Shown one piece after another: positions 48,018 through 56,488 of a stretch of DNA of 64,000 bases (positions within the stretch are counted from its first letter, which is position 1; each line of letters begins with the position of its first letter). Both the position numbers and the translations under genes were made by a program. The notes under the pieces were generated by a model, which worked only from the letters and a program-made list of their open reading frames with translations, had not been told where the DNA came from and did no database searches. Location of the stretch: contig CAXXYE010000007.1 of assembly GCA_963674865.2 (NCBI GenBank), positions 160,001-224,000 of the forward strand, written 5' to 3'. This DNA comes from Candidatus Hydrogenedentota bacterium (lineage in GTDB: Bacteria; Hydrogenedentota; Hydrogenedentia; Hydrogenedentales; SLHB01).

Positions 48018-48742
48018 TGCCAGTTCGAGCCATCACCTTCGACTTCTGGGGGACTCTGTTTCAGGACGCGAACAGCAAGGCGCGTAGGCGCATCCGGGTC
48101 GATGCGTTTGCAGAGGCCACCGGCGCGGCGAAGTCCGACGTAGACACAGCTCTGGAGAAGGCGATGATCGTGTTCGATCGTTGTCACCGCGAGGAACAGC
48201 GGACACTGAGGCCTATTGATGCCGTCAGACTGGCCGCGCAAAACCTGGGCGTTACCGTTGATACACGCGTCGAGCAGGAAATGGCCCAGATCTTCGGTGA
48301 GGCCATTCTCCATCATGAGCCGGCGCCGATCCCTGGCGCGCTGGATGCCGTGCGGGCAGCAGCAGAGAAGGTGCCTGTCGGCGTGCTATCCGACGCCGGG
48401 CTAAGCCCTGGCTCCTCTTTGCGTCTGCTCCTTCAGCGGCATGGGTTTCTTCAGTACATGAGCCATAAGGCGGTGGTGTTTTCCGACGATGTGGGGGTGG
48501 CCAAGCCGCAGCGGCCCATGTTTGAGGCAGTCATCTCGGCCCTCGCAGTTGAGGCTTCGGGACTCCTCCACATTGGCGATCTCGAGTACACCGACATCGC
48601 CGGCGGCCGGGCATTCGGCGCGAAAACGGCGCTTTTCGCGGGCGTGAATGCCAAGTACCGCGACGGCACGGCCGCGGACTTCGTCTTCAACGACTGGGGC
48701 GAGTTCGTGGATGTCTTGCCTTGTTTGCTGGCGCCCTCGTAA
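48017..48742 (+). CDS. HAD-family hydrolase
   Basis: FDFWGTL, LSD, FSDDVGVAKP, HIGD...DIAG. Confidence 0.88.
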   Translation: MPVRAITFDFWGTLFQDANSKARRRIRVDAFAEATGAAKSDVDTALEKAMIVFDRCHREEQRTLRPIDAVRLAAQNLGVTVDTRVEQEMAQIFGEAILHHEPAPIPGALDAVRAAAEKVPVGVLSDAGLSPGSSLRLLLQRHGFLQYMSHKAVVFSDDVGVAKPQRPMFEAVISALAVEASGLLHIGDLEYTDIAGGRAFGAKTALFAGVNAKYRDGTAADFVFNDWGEFVDVLPCLLAPS

Positions 48743-48748
48743 GCGCTA

Positions 48749-49414
48749 TCAGCCGCCATCTCCCGCTTCCCGGACGCCCGCCTCGTAGGCGACAGTCCGG
48801 TGCTCCACCGTCCACGGCTCCTCCTCCGTGTTTACGATGGCGTACAGCGCCAAGCCCGGCGTATCGCTGGCCTCACCTACGCTTCCCGGATTCACGAAGA
48901 GCGTGTCGTCAACCATTCGCGCCAACGGCCGATGCGTACGCCCGCTCAAAACCAGCGGCGCATTGGCCGTCTCCCGCCACCGGCGGAATCTCGCGAGGGA
49001 AGCCTCCTCATGAATGCCTTCCTTAGAGCTGCTGGGACTGCCATGGCACAAGTGGATCGTCACCCCCTCGATGCGCAAGACACGCTGTCGGGGCAACGCG
49101 CGCAGGTATACCAAGTGCTCACTTTGCAGGGCGTCATAGGCTTGGCCGGCAGCCTCGAAGTCCTCAGGGGAGAGGCGCTCTCGCAAGGTGCGGTTCTTGC
49201 GCAGAAAGGAGGTGGTCAGCCGATCCATTTCCCCTTGCGCAGAGGCGATTTCGCGCACACGGAGTATGTCGAGCACCTCGTTTGGCCAGGGGTGTCCGGC
49301 CACGCTATCTCCTGTATTGACAATCATCTGGATGCCCGCCGCATCAATGTCGTCGAGCGCCGCCTCAAAGGCAGGCAGATTGCCGTGAATGTCGCCTAGA
49401 ACTGCCAGAAGCAA
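48749..49414 (-). CDS. Metallophosphoesterase family protein (partly degenerate motifs)
   Basis: GDIHGN, GD, HGSP, NPGSVG; GEMD for GNHD and GRTH for GHTH. Confidence 0.82.
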   Translation of the reverse strand: MLLAVLGDIHGNLPAFEAALDDIDAAGIQMIVNTGDSVAGHPWPNEVLDILRVREIASAQGEMDRLTTSFLRKNRTLRERLSPEDFEAAGQAYDALQSEHLVYLRALPRQRVLRIEGVTIHLCHGSPSSSKEGIHEEASLARFRRWRETANAPLVLSGRTHRPLARMVDDTLFVNPGSVGEASDTPGLALYAIVNTEEEPWTVEHRTVAYEAGVREAGDGG

Positions 49415-49810
49415 AATCGTCTACCTCAATGTGTTTTCGCCGGATCATGCCGATCTCGCCCTTGGCCTGAGCCGGGGCGCCTTCGCATTACGGCGTGGGA
49501 TTCTGTCTCCAAAAGATTCCGCACCAACCTAGCAGTAGAGTGGGTCGGCCGCCGGCACTTCCGCTTGGTGCAGACGGGAGCTACGGCGACAAACTTCATT
49601 TTACCCCTGAAAATAGAGCTTGACAAATCGCTGAACAAGTTGTAATCAAGTCTATAGGAGAGCCTTCCCGACAAACGTAGTGCATACGGGAAACGTTTGG
49701 CTTTATGATGTTTTGCAGGCGGCTCTGGGCGGCGCCTCTTGCGCCGCTGCAGGTCGTCAGGTTTTGCTGTACAAGGGGAGCTTAAGCAGAAAGGAAGGAG
49801 ACCGTAGACA

Positions 49811-50104
49811 ATGGCAAAGGCACTCACGAAGGCGCAGATCGTAACAAAGTTGGCGGACAAGACCGGCCTGGCGAAGAAGCAAGTCAATGACGTGCTGGCC
49901 CAGATGGCGGAACTTGCCTATAAGGAAGCCAAGAATGGCTTCACTATTCCCGGTGTTGGGAAGCTTGTGGTCGTGAATCGGAAGGCCCGGATGGGGCGTA
50001 ATCCCGCGACCGGCGAAGCGATCAAGATCCCTGCCAAGCGCGTACTGAAGTTCCGTATCGCCAAAGCCGCCAAAGATGCAATCACCCCTCCCAAGAAGAA
50101 ATAG
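49811..50104 (+). CDS. hup: HU-family DNA-binding protein
   Basis: LTKAQIV, IPGVGKL, RKARMGRNPATGEAIKIPAK; SD aaggag. Confidence 0.95.
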   Translation: MAKALTKAQIVTKLADKTGLAKKQVNDVLAQMAELAYKEAKNGFTIPGVGKLVVVNRKARMGRNPATGEAIKIPAKRVLKFRIAKAAKDAITPPKKK

Positions 50105-50123
50105 GGGCATTTGAGTGCACTGT

Positions 50124-50163
50124 CCGGCCCGGGCTCCCTTAGGCGCTCGGGCCGGTTTCTTTG
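50124..50163 (+). terminator. Intrinsic terminator after HU
   Basis: ccggcccgggc...gctcgggccgg followed by tttctttg. Confidence 0.7.
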
Positions 50164-50237
50164 TGGACCTGGCGGGGCGCACTCATTCCCGAGTCTAAGC
50201 CAAGCGAGGTCCAGACAACTCTCCTAAGCCGCCCCGA

Positions 50238-51401
50238 CTAGTGAAACGCCTCCCGGGCGGCGTGGGCCAGTGCCTCGATGTTGTTTTTCGGTGTGCCCGG
50301 GATGATGCTGTCGGACGTGCTGAATATGAAGCGAAGGTCGCCGCGTGTCTCCTCACGGATCTTGAAGACCTCCTGCCTGATCGCTTCCGGAGTGCCGTCT
50401 TTCAGCAGGGAAATCTGATCGAAGTTGCCCACCATGACGACTCCATCGCCCAGGGCTTCTCGTGCGCTCCTGAGGCTGTCAATGTCGCCGCCCGACCCCG
50501 GCGCGGACAGCGACTCGAGCGCGTGTCCGTCGAGCATTTCCCGATATACCGGAAGCAGAGATGCGCACTGGCCGCAATTGTGGAAAAGCACCCTGCCGCC
50601 CGCCGCGGCCAACGCGTCGATGTAACGCTTCTCGTAAGGCAGGATGTGCTCCTCATAGAACGCCGGCCCAACGAGGCCGCTGTTGGCGATATTGGCTACG
50701 ACGCGAACCACATCGCCTCCCGATTGGGCAATGTGTTCTCCCACCGGAATCACGTCGTCGGTACAAAGGTTCATGAGGCCCGCGTAGAAGTCGGGCTCCA
50801 ATAGCGGCTTGAGGAGAAGGTCCTCCGCGTCCATGAGCCCCACGGCGTAGTTGAACACGCCGCTCGGAACACGCGGTAGTAAGATGCCCTTTTCGCCCAG
50901 GCGTTCCCGTGCGCGGCCGACGTGCGCAAGGTCGAGTTCAGGCATGCTTGGCCGGAACTCCCTGATGAGGTCGAGTTCCTTCTGGCCTTTCACCAAGGAT
51001 TCCATCCGGATGTTCCGAAGTTTCATCCAGTTCTGAGAGTAATCACCGTGGAAATCCTCCCCCTCGGTATTGAAGACTTCCCGGAGGACGCCGCCCGGCG
51101 TAACGATCTCATGAACGAGCGTCTTGTTGTCGTCCAGCAGCGCCCACGTGTTCTGCCACTCCGCCGTACTGACGTCAAAGGCGATAGGCTCGAAGACGTT
51201 GGTTCCGATGCGGAGCATGACATCCAGGCCGAGCAGCTCATGGAAACGCAGAAGCTCCGCCAGGCTGTCGGCGCCGCGTTCGCCTAGAATGACATCCGGC
51301 GCCCTGTCCTCGATATCCGAATCCGTAATGAAGACGGTGATCGGAGTGCGGTCCGTCGGCCTCCCTGTGAACACGTTCGTGAGCCGTTCGCGACACGTCA
51401 T
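50238..51401 (-). CDS. Uroporphyrinogen decarboxylase-superfamily protein (MtaA/CmuA-like)
   Basis: MT.RERL......GRPTDRTP, TPGG.L, FHNCG, GNFD...L..GTPE, FIFSTSD. Confidence 0.82.
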   Translation of the reverse strand: MTCRERLTNVFTGRPTDRTPITVFITDSDIEDRAPDVILGERGADSLAELLRFHELLGLDVMLRIGTNVFEPIAFDVSTAEWQNTWALLDDNKTLVHEIVTPGGVLREVFNTEGEDFHGDYSQNWMKLRNIRMESLVKGQKELDLIREFRPSMPELDLAHVGRARERLGEKGILLPRVPSGVFNYAVGLMDAEDLLLKPLLEPDFYAGLMNLCTDDVIPVGEHIAQSGGDVVRVVANIANSGLVGPAFYEEHILPYEKRYIDALAAAGGRVLFHNCGQCASLLPVYREMLDGHALESLSAPGSGGDIDSLRSAREALGDGVVMVGNFDQISLLKDGTPEAIRQEVFKIREETRGDLRFIFSTSDSIIPGTPKNNIEALAHAAREAFH

Positions 51402-51575
51402 TTTGCTTCTCCTGTAGTCTCGTCTATGCCGCCTTGTCCTGTTTGCCCATCCTAACATGCGGCCTTGCCCCACTTCGCATCCCTGGTGATGCTGTGCGCG
51501 GGCTTGTGCTATCGTGGCCGCAGGAGGGAAAACACGCTGAATAATCATGCGGAACGACGACGCGGACGGCTATTC

Positions 51576-52130
51576 ATGGGCCTGCTCCTTGCCATACTGT
51601 CCACGATACCGGCCTGCGATGACGCTGCGCAGGAGGCCATGCCGTGCCGTTTCACTTCGCTTCCGGAGGCCGCTCGGAAGGGGGCCATAGAGAATGTGAC
51701 GTGCTGTCTTGCCAACGGGGCCGACGTGAATGAGGAGGATCCTTCCGGCTACACCGCGCTTTACTACGCTCTGCGTGAACGCAAGACAGAGACGGCCGTT
51801 CTGCTCATTGAGCGTGGCGCCGATGTGAATGCAGGCTATCGGCGCAAACGAACGCCCCTGCACGTAGCCGCCGAAAGGGGCACGGAGGAACTTGTCAAAC
51901 TCTTGCTTGAGCACGGCGCAAAGCCGAACGCCTACGATAGCGTTCGCGAGACGCCTCTGGTAATTGCCGTCAAACGAGATGGGGGATACGACATCGTCAA
52001 GTTGCTGCTCGAACACGGCGCCTATCCCAATCCGACCGATCGGCATGGCGATAGGCCCCTGACGCATGCCCGGCGTAAAGGCGACAAAGCCCTCGAGGAA
52101 TTGCTGACGAGCCACGGCGCACTCAAGTAA
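51576..52130 (+). CDS. Ankyrin-repeat lipoprotein
   Basis: GADVN, TPLHVAA, LLLEHGA repeats; hydrophobic leader ending PAC; start uncertain. Confidence 0.85.
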   Translation: MGLLLAILSTIPACDDAAQEAMPCRFTSLPEAARKGAIENVTCCLANGADVNEEDPSGYTALYYALRERKTETAVLLIERGADVNAGYRRKRTPLHVAAERGTEELVKLLLEHGAKPNAYDSVRETPLVIAVKRDGGYDIVKLLLEHGAYPNPTDRHGDRPLTHARRKGDKALEELLTSHGALK

Positions 52131-52184
52131 CTTGCTTCTCTCACCGCCGCATAGGGGCGCCGAGACGCTGTGCGCGTCTCGTAT

Positions 52185-53384
52185 CTACGGCGCCTCTCTC
52201 GTGGCCTCCACGTAGGCTTGGGCTTCGATGCGGTATCCTTTTGTTTGCAGGAAACGCACCACCGTGTCGTGCGGGAGGTCGGGCACCTCCCCGTGGGGAA
52301 GATTCTTGACGTGTGCCACGACGAGGCGTACGCCCTCGTAGAGGGAGCGCCTTACTTCGTCACGATCGTCCCCCTTCTTGATATGCGTTCTCGCTTCCTC
52401 GACAAGGGCCTTCGCCGCCGAGGTCCGATCATGAATCCGATTGAAGAGCGCCTGTGCCTTGCGATACCGCCGAAGCGCCAGATTGTACGCCTCACTCTCA
52501 CGCTCCCAATTGCCCTGTTCGAGGTTAGCCATCCCCGCTTCGTAAAGGGGATGGATGGTACGCTCCAGTTCCGACTCGCTGTCCTCAGGGGCGCCCGCGG
52601 CCTCGTGCAGTACGCCCAACTCCTCCTTCACCATGCCGACAAGGGAGGGATGCTCGAGTTCCTTCGCCACTTCGAGCGCGCCAACTAGGTAGTCCTCAGC
52701 CGACAGGGAGGTCAAACCTTCGTTGTTGTGATGCCGTCGCCACCGCCTGAGAACGCGGTCCATTCGCTCCTTCCACTCAACAACATAGTCGAAGAATGCG
52801 GCGGGAACACTTGAGCGTTCGATTCGCATCACCGACTCGACAACGTCCTGCACGGCTTGCTCCGCGATATCCAAGAACAGCCCTATGCACGTTCTGTAGT
52901 CCAGTTCCTCCGAGTTAACGAACGAAAGAGACACGCCCTCCGTTTGTGCGTGCATATCATCCCTATGAAGGAAGAGGCAGATCGTCTTGTGCAGCACCAA
53001 CTCCGCGGCATAGGCCGGGCCCTCAATGGTCCTGCAAATGCAGTCGCCCTGTCGATAGCATCCCAAGAGTCCTGAGTAGTGATCCCGGAAGAAATTCGGC
53101 CCCACGGCCGGCAGATTCAGCTCAAGGGCATCTAGGAAAAGGTCGCCCGCAACCGGAAAAACCCATTGCTCCCTTCCCACGCGAGTTTTTTCTTCGAGAT
53201 ATCCCCGGATCTCCGATGCGAAAAGGTAAGAGTTCTCTGGCGTTGTCATGCGATGGATCTGTTTTCTGGCGGTAATGGCCTCGGGGGCATCCGAAGCCGA
53301 AGCCCTGAGGATCTGATTCACATAGCGCTTCAACTCGGGATCGATGACCACCTTTCGGAAGAACTTGCCAATCGAGTTATCCAT
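52185..53384 (-). CDS. Hypothetical protein with helical/TPR-like C-terminus
   Basis: 399-codon ORF with ATG and protein-like composition; no family recognised. Confidence 0.72.
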   Translation of the reverse strand: MDNSIGKFFRKVVIDPELKRYVNQILRASASDAPEAITARKQIHRMTTPENSYLFASEIRGYLEEKTRVGREQWVFPVAGDLFLDALELNLPAVGPNFFRDHYSGLLGCYRQGDCICRTIEGPAYAAELVLHKTICLFLHRDDMHAQTEGVSLSFVNSEELDYRTCIGLFLDIAEQAVQDVVESVMRIERSSVPAAFFDYVVEWKERMDRVLRRWRRHHNNEGLTSLSAEDYLVGALEVAKELEHPSLVGMVKEELGVLHEAAGAPEDSESELERTIHPLYEAGMANLEQGNWERESEAYNLALRRYRKAQALFNRIHDRTSAAKALVEEARTHIKKGDDRDEVRRSLYEGVRLVVAHVKNLPHGEVPDLPHDTVVRFLQTKGYRIEAQAYVEATREAP

Positions 53385-54067
53385 GGCTTACCACCAGGCC
53401 CGTGAACGCGGGATGCTCACTCGTCGTGCGCGAAGGTGTTCGAACCAAATGAAGGAGGCCATAGGATTCGGTGACGGCGCGCAGTCGTCTATGCCCAGCT
53501 CCTTCTAGAACGATGGCATTCCCCGAGATCTGAACACTCTGCCCCGCAAGTCTACCAGGCTCCCAACGGGCTGAAAGACACTTCCTTCCTCCCGTGGTCT
53601 TCCCTCGGCTCCGTAGCATAGACAACGCGCGCATATCGTTCGCCTCGTCCGCCCGCAAGGTACCCCCTACCAGCGGTCAGCCCTAGTCTATCATGACAAC
53701 CTCTCTCACGCCACCAGGAGCGCGGCTTTGAACTCCGCGCACTGATTCTTGGAGGAAGCACCCCCTCAGTGCGCGGAGGATCCACGCCTCCAATGACTTG
53801 GCCTGCTGCGCAATTGGCAACGCCGGCACCGGGGGGATTGGTACAATTGGCGGCCATGAAGGTAAAATGAAGGTGGTAAGTCATCTCGATGCTGTAAGAG
53901 GGCGACGGCACGGTCTTGCCCACGGCTGGCGCGCCGTTTGGGTGGCGGGGCCAAAGGTGATGGCCTTATTCTCCGGTGAGCGGGCGAGGCGAGGGCGAGG
54001 CCCTTGTCGAAGCTGCGCCGGGAGGCATCCGAAGGCAAAGGGGAATCGCGTCTTTGAGCCTGAAGCC

Positions 54068-54799
54068 ATGCTCATAGGCATTATCGCGGACTTGCATGCG
54101 AACCTGGAGGCGACACTGGCCGTCCTCGGGGAGTTGGACCGCATCGGCCCGGATAGAATCGTCTGCCTGGGCGATATTGCCGGCTACAACGCCAACCCAA
54201 ATGAGGTCATTGACCTGGTTCGGGAGAGGCAAATTCCCACGGTGATGGGCAATCACGATGCTGCCGCGAGCGGCCTCGAGGATCCCTGGTTCTTTAACGC
54301 CAAAGCCCAAGCCGCTATTGCCTGGCAGGTGGACCAGCTTCGCGAGGACAACCGGGAGTGGCTGGCCTCGCTGCCGGGGCCGTTGAAGTTTCTCGGCACT
54401 TGCCGATGCGTCCACGGCTCCCCGGCCGACCGCGACGACTACATCATGGACTGGATCGATGCCATGCGCAATTTCGAATACTTGGCCGCCGGCGACGTGC
54501 GGATATGCTTCTACGGACATAGCCATCGCGCGGCGCTCTTTGGCGAAAAAGGCACCTCTCTCCGAGGAGGCATGGCGGCGCGATACGTTCTCGATCCCGA
54601 GAACCGTTACCTGATCAACCCAGGCTCCGTCGGGCAGCCGCGTGACAAGGACCCACGGGCTGCGTTCGGCCTGCTTGATACAGATGCATTTGTGTTCGAA
54701 TTCCGCCGTGTGGAGTACGATCTCCACGCTGCGGCAAAGCGGGTCCTCAGCGCGGGGCTGCCCGCGGATCTGGCTAGACGCCTCGTAGCGGGCCGATAG
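54068..54799 (+). CDS. Metallophosphoesterase family protein (motifs intact)
   Basis: ADLHAN, LGD, GNHD, HGSP, GHSH, NPGSVGQPRD. Confidence 0.9.
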   Translation: MLIGIIADLHANLEATLAVLGELDRIGPDRIVCLGDIAGYNANPNEVIDLVRERQIPTVMGNHDAAASGLEDPWFFNAKAQAAIAWQVDQLREDNREWLASLPGPLKFLGTCRCVHGSPADRDDYIMDWIDAMRNFEYLAAGDVRICFYGHSHRAALFGEKGTSLRGGMAARYVLDPENRYLINPGSVGQPRDKDPRAAFGLLDTDAFVFEFRRVEYDLHAAAKRVLSAGLPADLARRLVAGR

Positions 54800-54868
54800 G
54801 GCCTGCGCGGGGCCAATGAGACGTGCAGAGGGAATTCTGCTATGATGGACTTTGAGGGAGGCACGCAG

Positions 54869-56017
54869 ATGGATACATCCGGCGTCAAAGTACTTCTCAT
54901 TGACGACGATGAAGAAGAATACGTAGTAGTCAGACGATACCTTGAGAAGGCGCGCACGGGGACTTTCCACGTCGAGTGGCTGCCCTCCTTCGATGAAGGC
55001 CTGGCCGAGATCGACGAAGCGCGCCATCAGATCTGCCTTCTCGACTACCAACTCGGCGAGAAAACCGGACTCGACTTCCTTGCACAGATGCGTGCCATGG
55101 GACGCGACCTGCCCGTCATACTCCTAACAGGTCGGGGCAGTATTGAGCTTGACCTCGAAGCTATGGAGATGGGGGCCTTCGATTTCCTGGAAAAGGCCGA
55201 TTTGACGCCCGTGCTTCTCGAAAGATCCATCCGCTATGCCATTGAGAATCACCGGGTGCGCGCGGCCCTGCGCAAAGCAAACGAAGAGTTGGAGGAGCGC
55301 GTCCGTCAGCGTACGGCGGAGCTTAACCGCAGTAACCAGGCGTTGGAGCAGTTCGCCGATCTTGTCGCACGCGATCTGCAACAGCCTCTCCAGGCCATCA
55401 CGCGGCAGATACGCGATATGAAGACGCGCAAGGCGGGCCGCGAGAAAGAGCAGAGCCTGTACCTTGCGTACCGGTTTCTCGATCCCGTGCTCCACGCCGC
55501 GCGAAACATGGAGCTCCTGGTGCAAAGCGTGCTGGATTACTCCCGCGTGGGCAAAGTGGCACGTCCTTTCGACGATGTGGACCTCGGCGAATTGGTGCGC
55601 GAAGTATGTGACGATCTGGACAGCACGATTTCACAGACCGGCGCCGAGGTTATCGTGGAAGATATGCCGGTGCTCAAGGCGGATCGCATGCTCATGAAGG
55701 GGCTGTTTGAGAATCTGCTCGACAATGCCATCAAGTTCCGCGGAGATGAGCCGCCTCAGATCCGCATATGGTCGGAGCGAAAAGAAGGCTCGTGGCTGTG
55801 CGCCGTAAAGGACAACGGCATTGGCATCCCCGATGAGGATATTGACGATGTCTTCCTGATGTTCAACCGAGGCTCGCGTGATACCGAGTATCCGGGAATC
55901 GGCATTGGTTTGGCCATGTGCAGGAAAATTGCGCAATATCACCGCGGGCGCATCTGGGCCGATTCGAAACTTGGGGAAGGCTCCACCTTCTACCTGGCGC
56001 TGCCTGCCGAAGGCTAG
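54869..56017 (+). CDS. REC-HisKA-HATPase hybrid sensor with H-box His replaced by Arg
   Basis: LLIDDD...LLDY...LLTG...EK; VARDLQQPL; NAIKF, DNGIG, GIGLA. Confidence 0.88.
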   Translation: MDTSGVKVLLIDDDEEEYVVVRRYLEKARTGTFHVEWLPSFDEGLAEIDEARHQICLLDYQLGEKTGLDFLAQMRAMGRDLPVILLTGRGSIELDLEAMEMGAFDFLEKADLTPVLLERSIRYAIENHRVRAALRKANEELEERVRQRTAELNRSNQALEQFADLVARDLQQPLQAITRQIRDMKTRKAGREKEQSLYLAYRFLDPVLHAARNMELLVQSVLDYSRVGKVARPFDDVDLGELVREVCDDLDSTISQTGAEVIVEDMPVLKADRMLMKGLFENLLDNAIKFRGDEPPQIRIWSERKEGSWLCAVKDNGIGIPDEDIDDVFLMFNRGSRDTEYPGIGIGLAMCRKIAQYHRGRIWADSKLGEGSTFYLALPAEG

Positions 56018-56029
56018 AAGGCCGCGCCC

Positions 56030-56488
56030 CTAGGAGTTGTTGTCCGGCAGCACAACCAGCTCGAACCAGTAGCGCTCGAGCTCACGAATCGCCTTCATGA
56101 AGCCGTCCATCTGGACCGGCTTAGTCACATAAGAATTCACGCCCAGCTCGTAACTCCTCAAGATGTCCTCCTCCTGCGAGGAGGTCGTTAAAACGACCAC
56201 CGGGATGGTGCGCAGATCCGGATCTTGCTTGATCCTGCTCAACACCGCCCGCCCGTCGAGTTTCGGCATGTTCAGGTCGAGCAGGATCAAGTCCGGCCGC
56301 GGCGCCTTCTTCGGAGCCGAGAACTCACCACGGCGATAAAGGTAATCCAGGGCCTGCTCGCCGTCATCCACGATAAACACGCGGTTGCGGAGCTTGCTTG
56401 CTCTGAGCGCCCGCTCCGTAAGCTTCTGATCTTCGGGATCGTCCTCAACCAGCAAGATGACGGCCGCCCGCGGCTTGGCTTCACTCAT
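56030..56488 (-). CDS. Single-domain response regulator (Rcp1-like)
   Basis: LLVEDD, PDLILLDLNMP, LTTS, SYELGVNSYVTKP, YW. Confidence 0.93.
   Translation of the reverse strand: MSEAKPRAAVILLVEDDPEDQKLTERALRASKLRNRVFIVDDGEQALDYLYRRGEFSAPKKAPRPDLILLDLNMPKLDGRAVLSRIKQDPDLRTIPVVVLTTSSQEEDILRSYELGVNSYVTKPVQMDGFMKAIRELERYWFELVVLPDNNS

Noticed and set aside
49620..49650. Promoter for HU (TTGACA)
   Set aside because: The -35 is perfect, but the best -10 (TGTAAT) is at 15-bp spacing, so it was not called.
50238..51401. hemE of the classical heme pathway
   Set aside because: Lacks the HemE RQAGR motif, so it is assigned to the superfamily only.
53420..53500. tRNA suggested by GTTCGAACC
   Set aside because: No T-stem, acceptor stem or cloverleaf could be formed.
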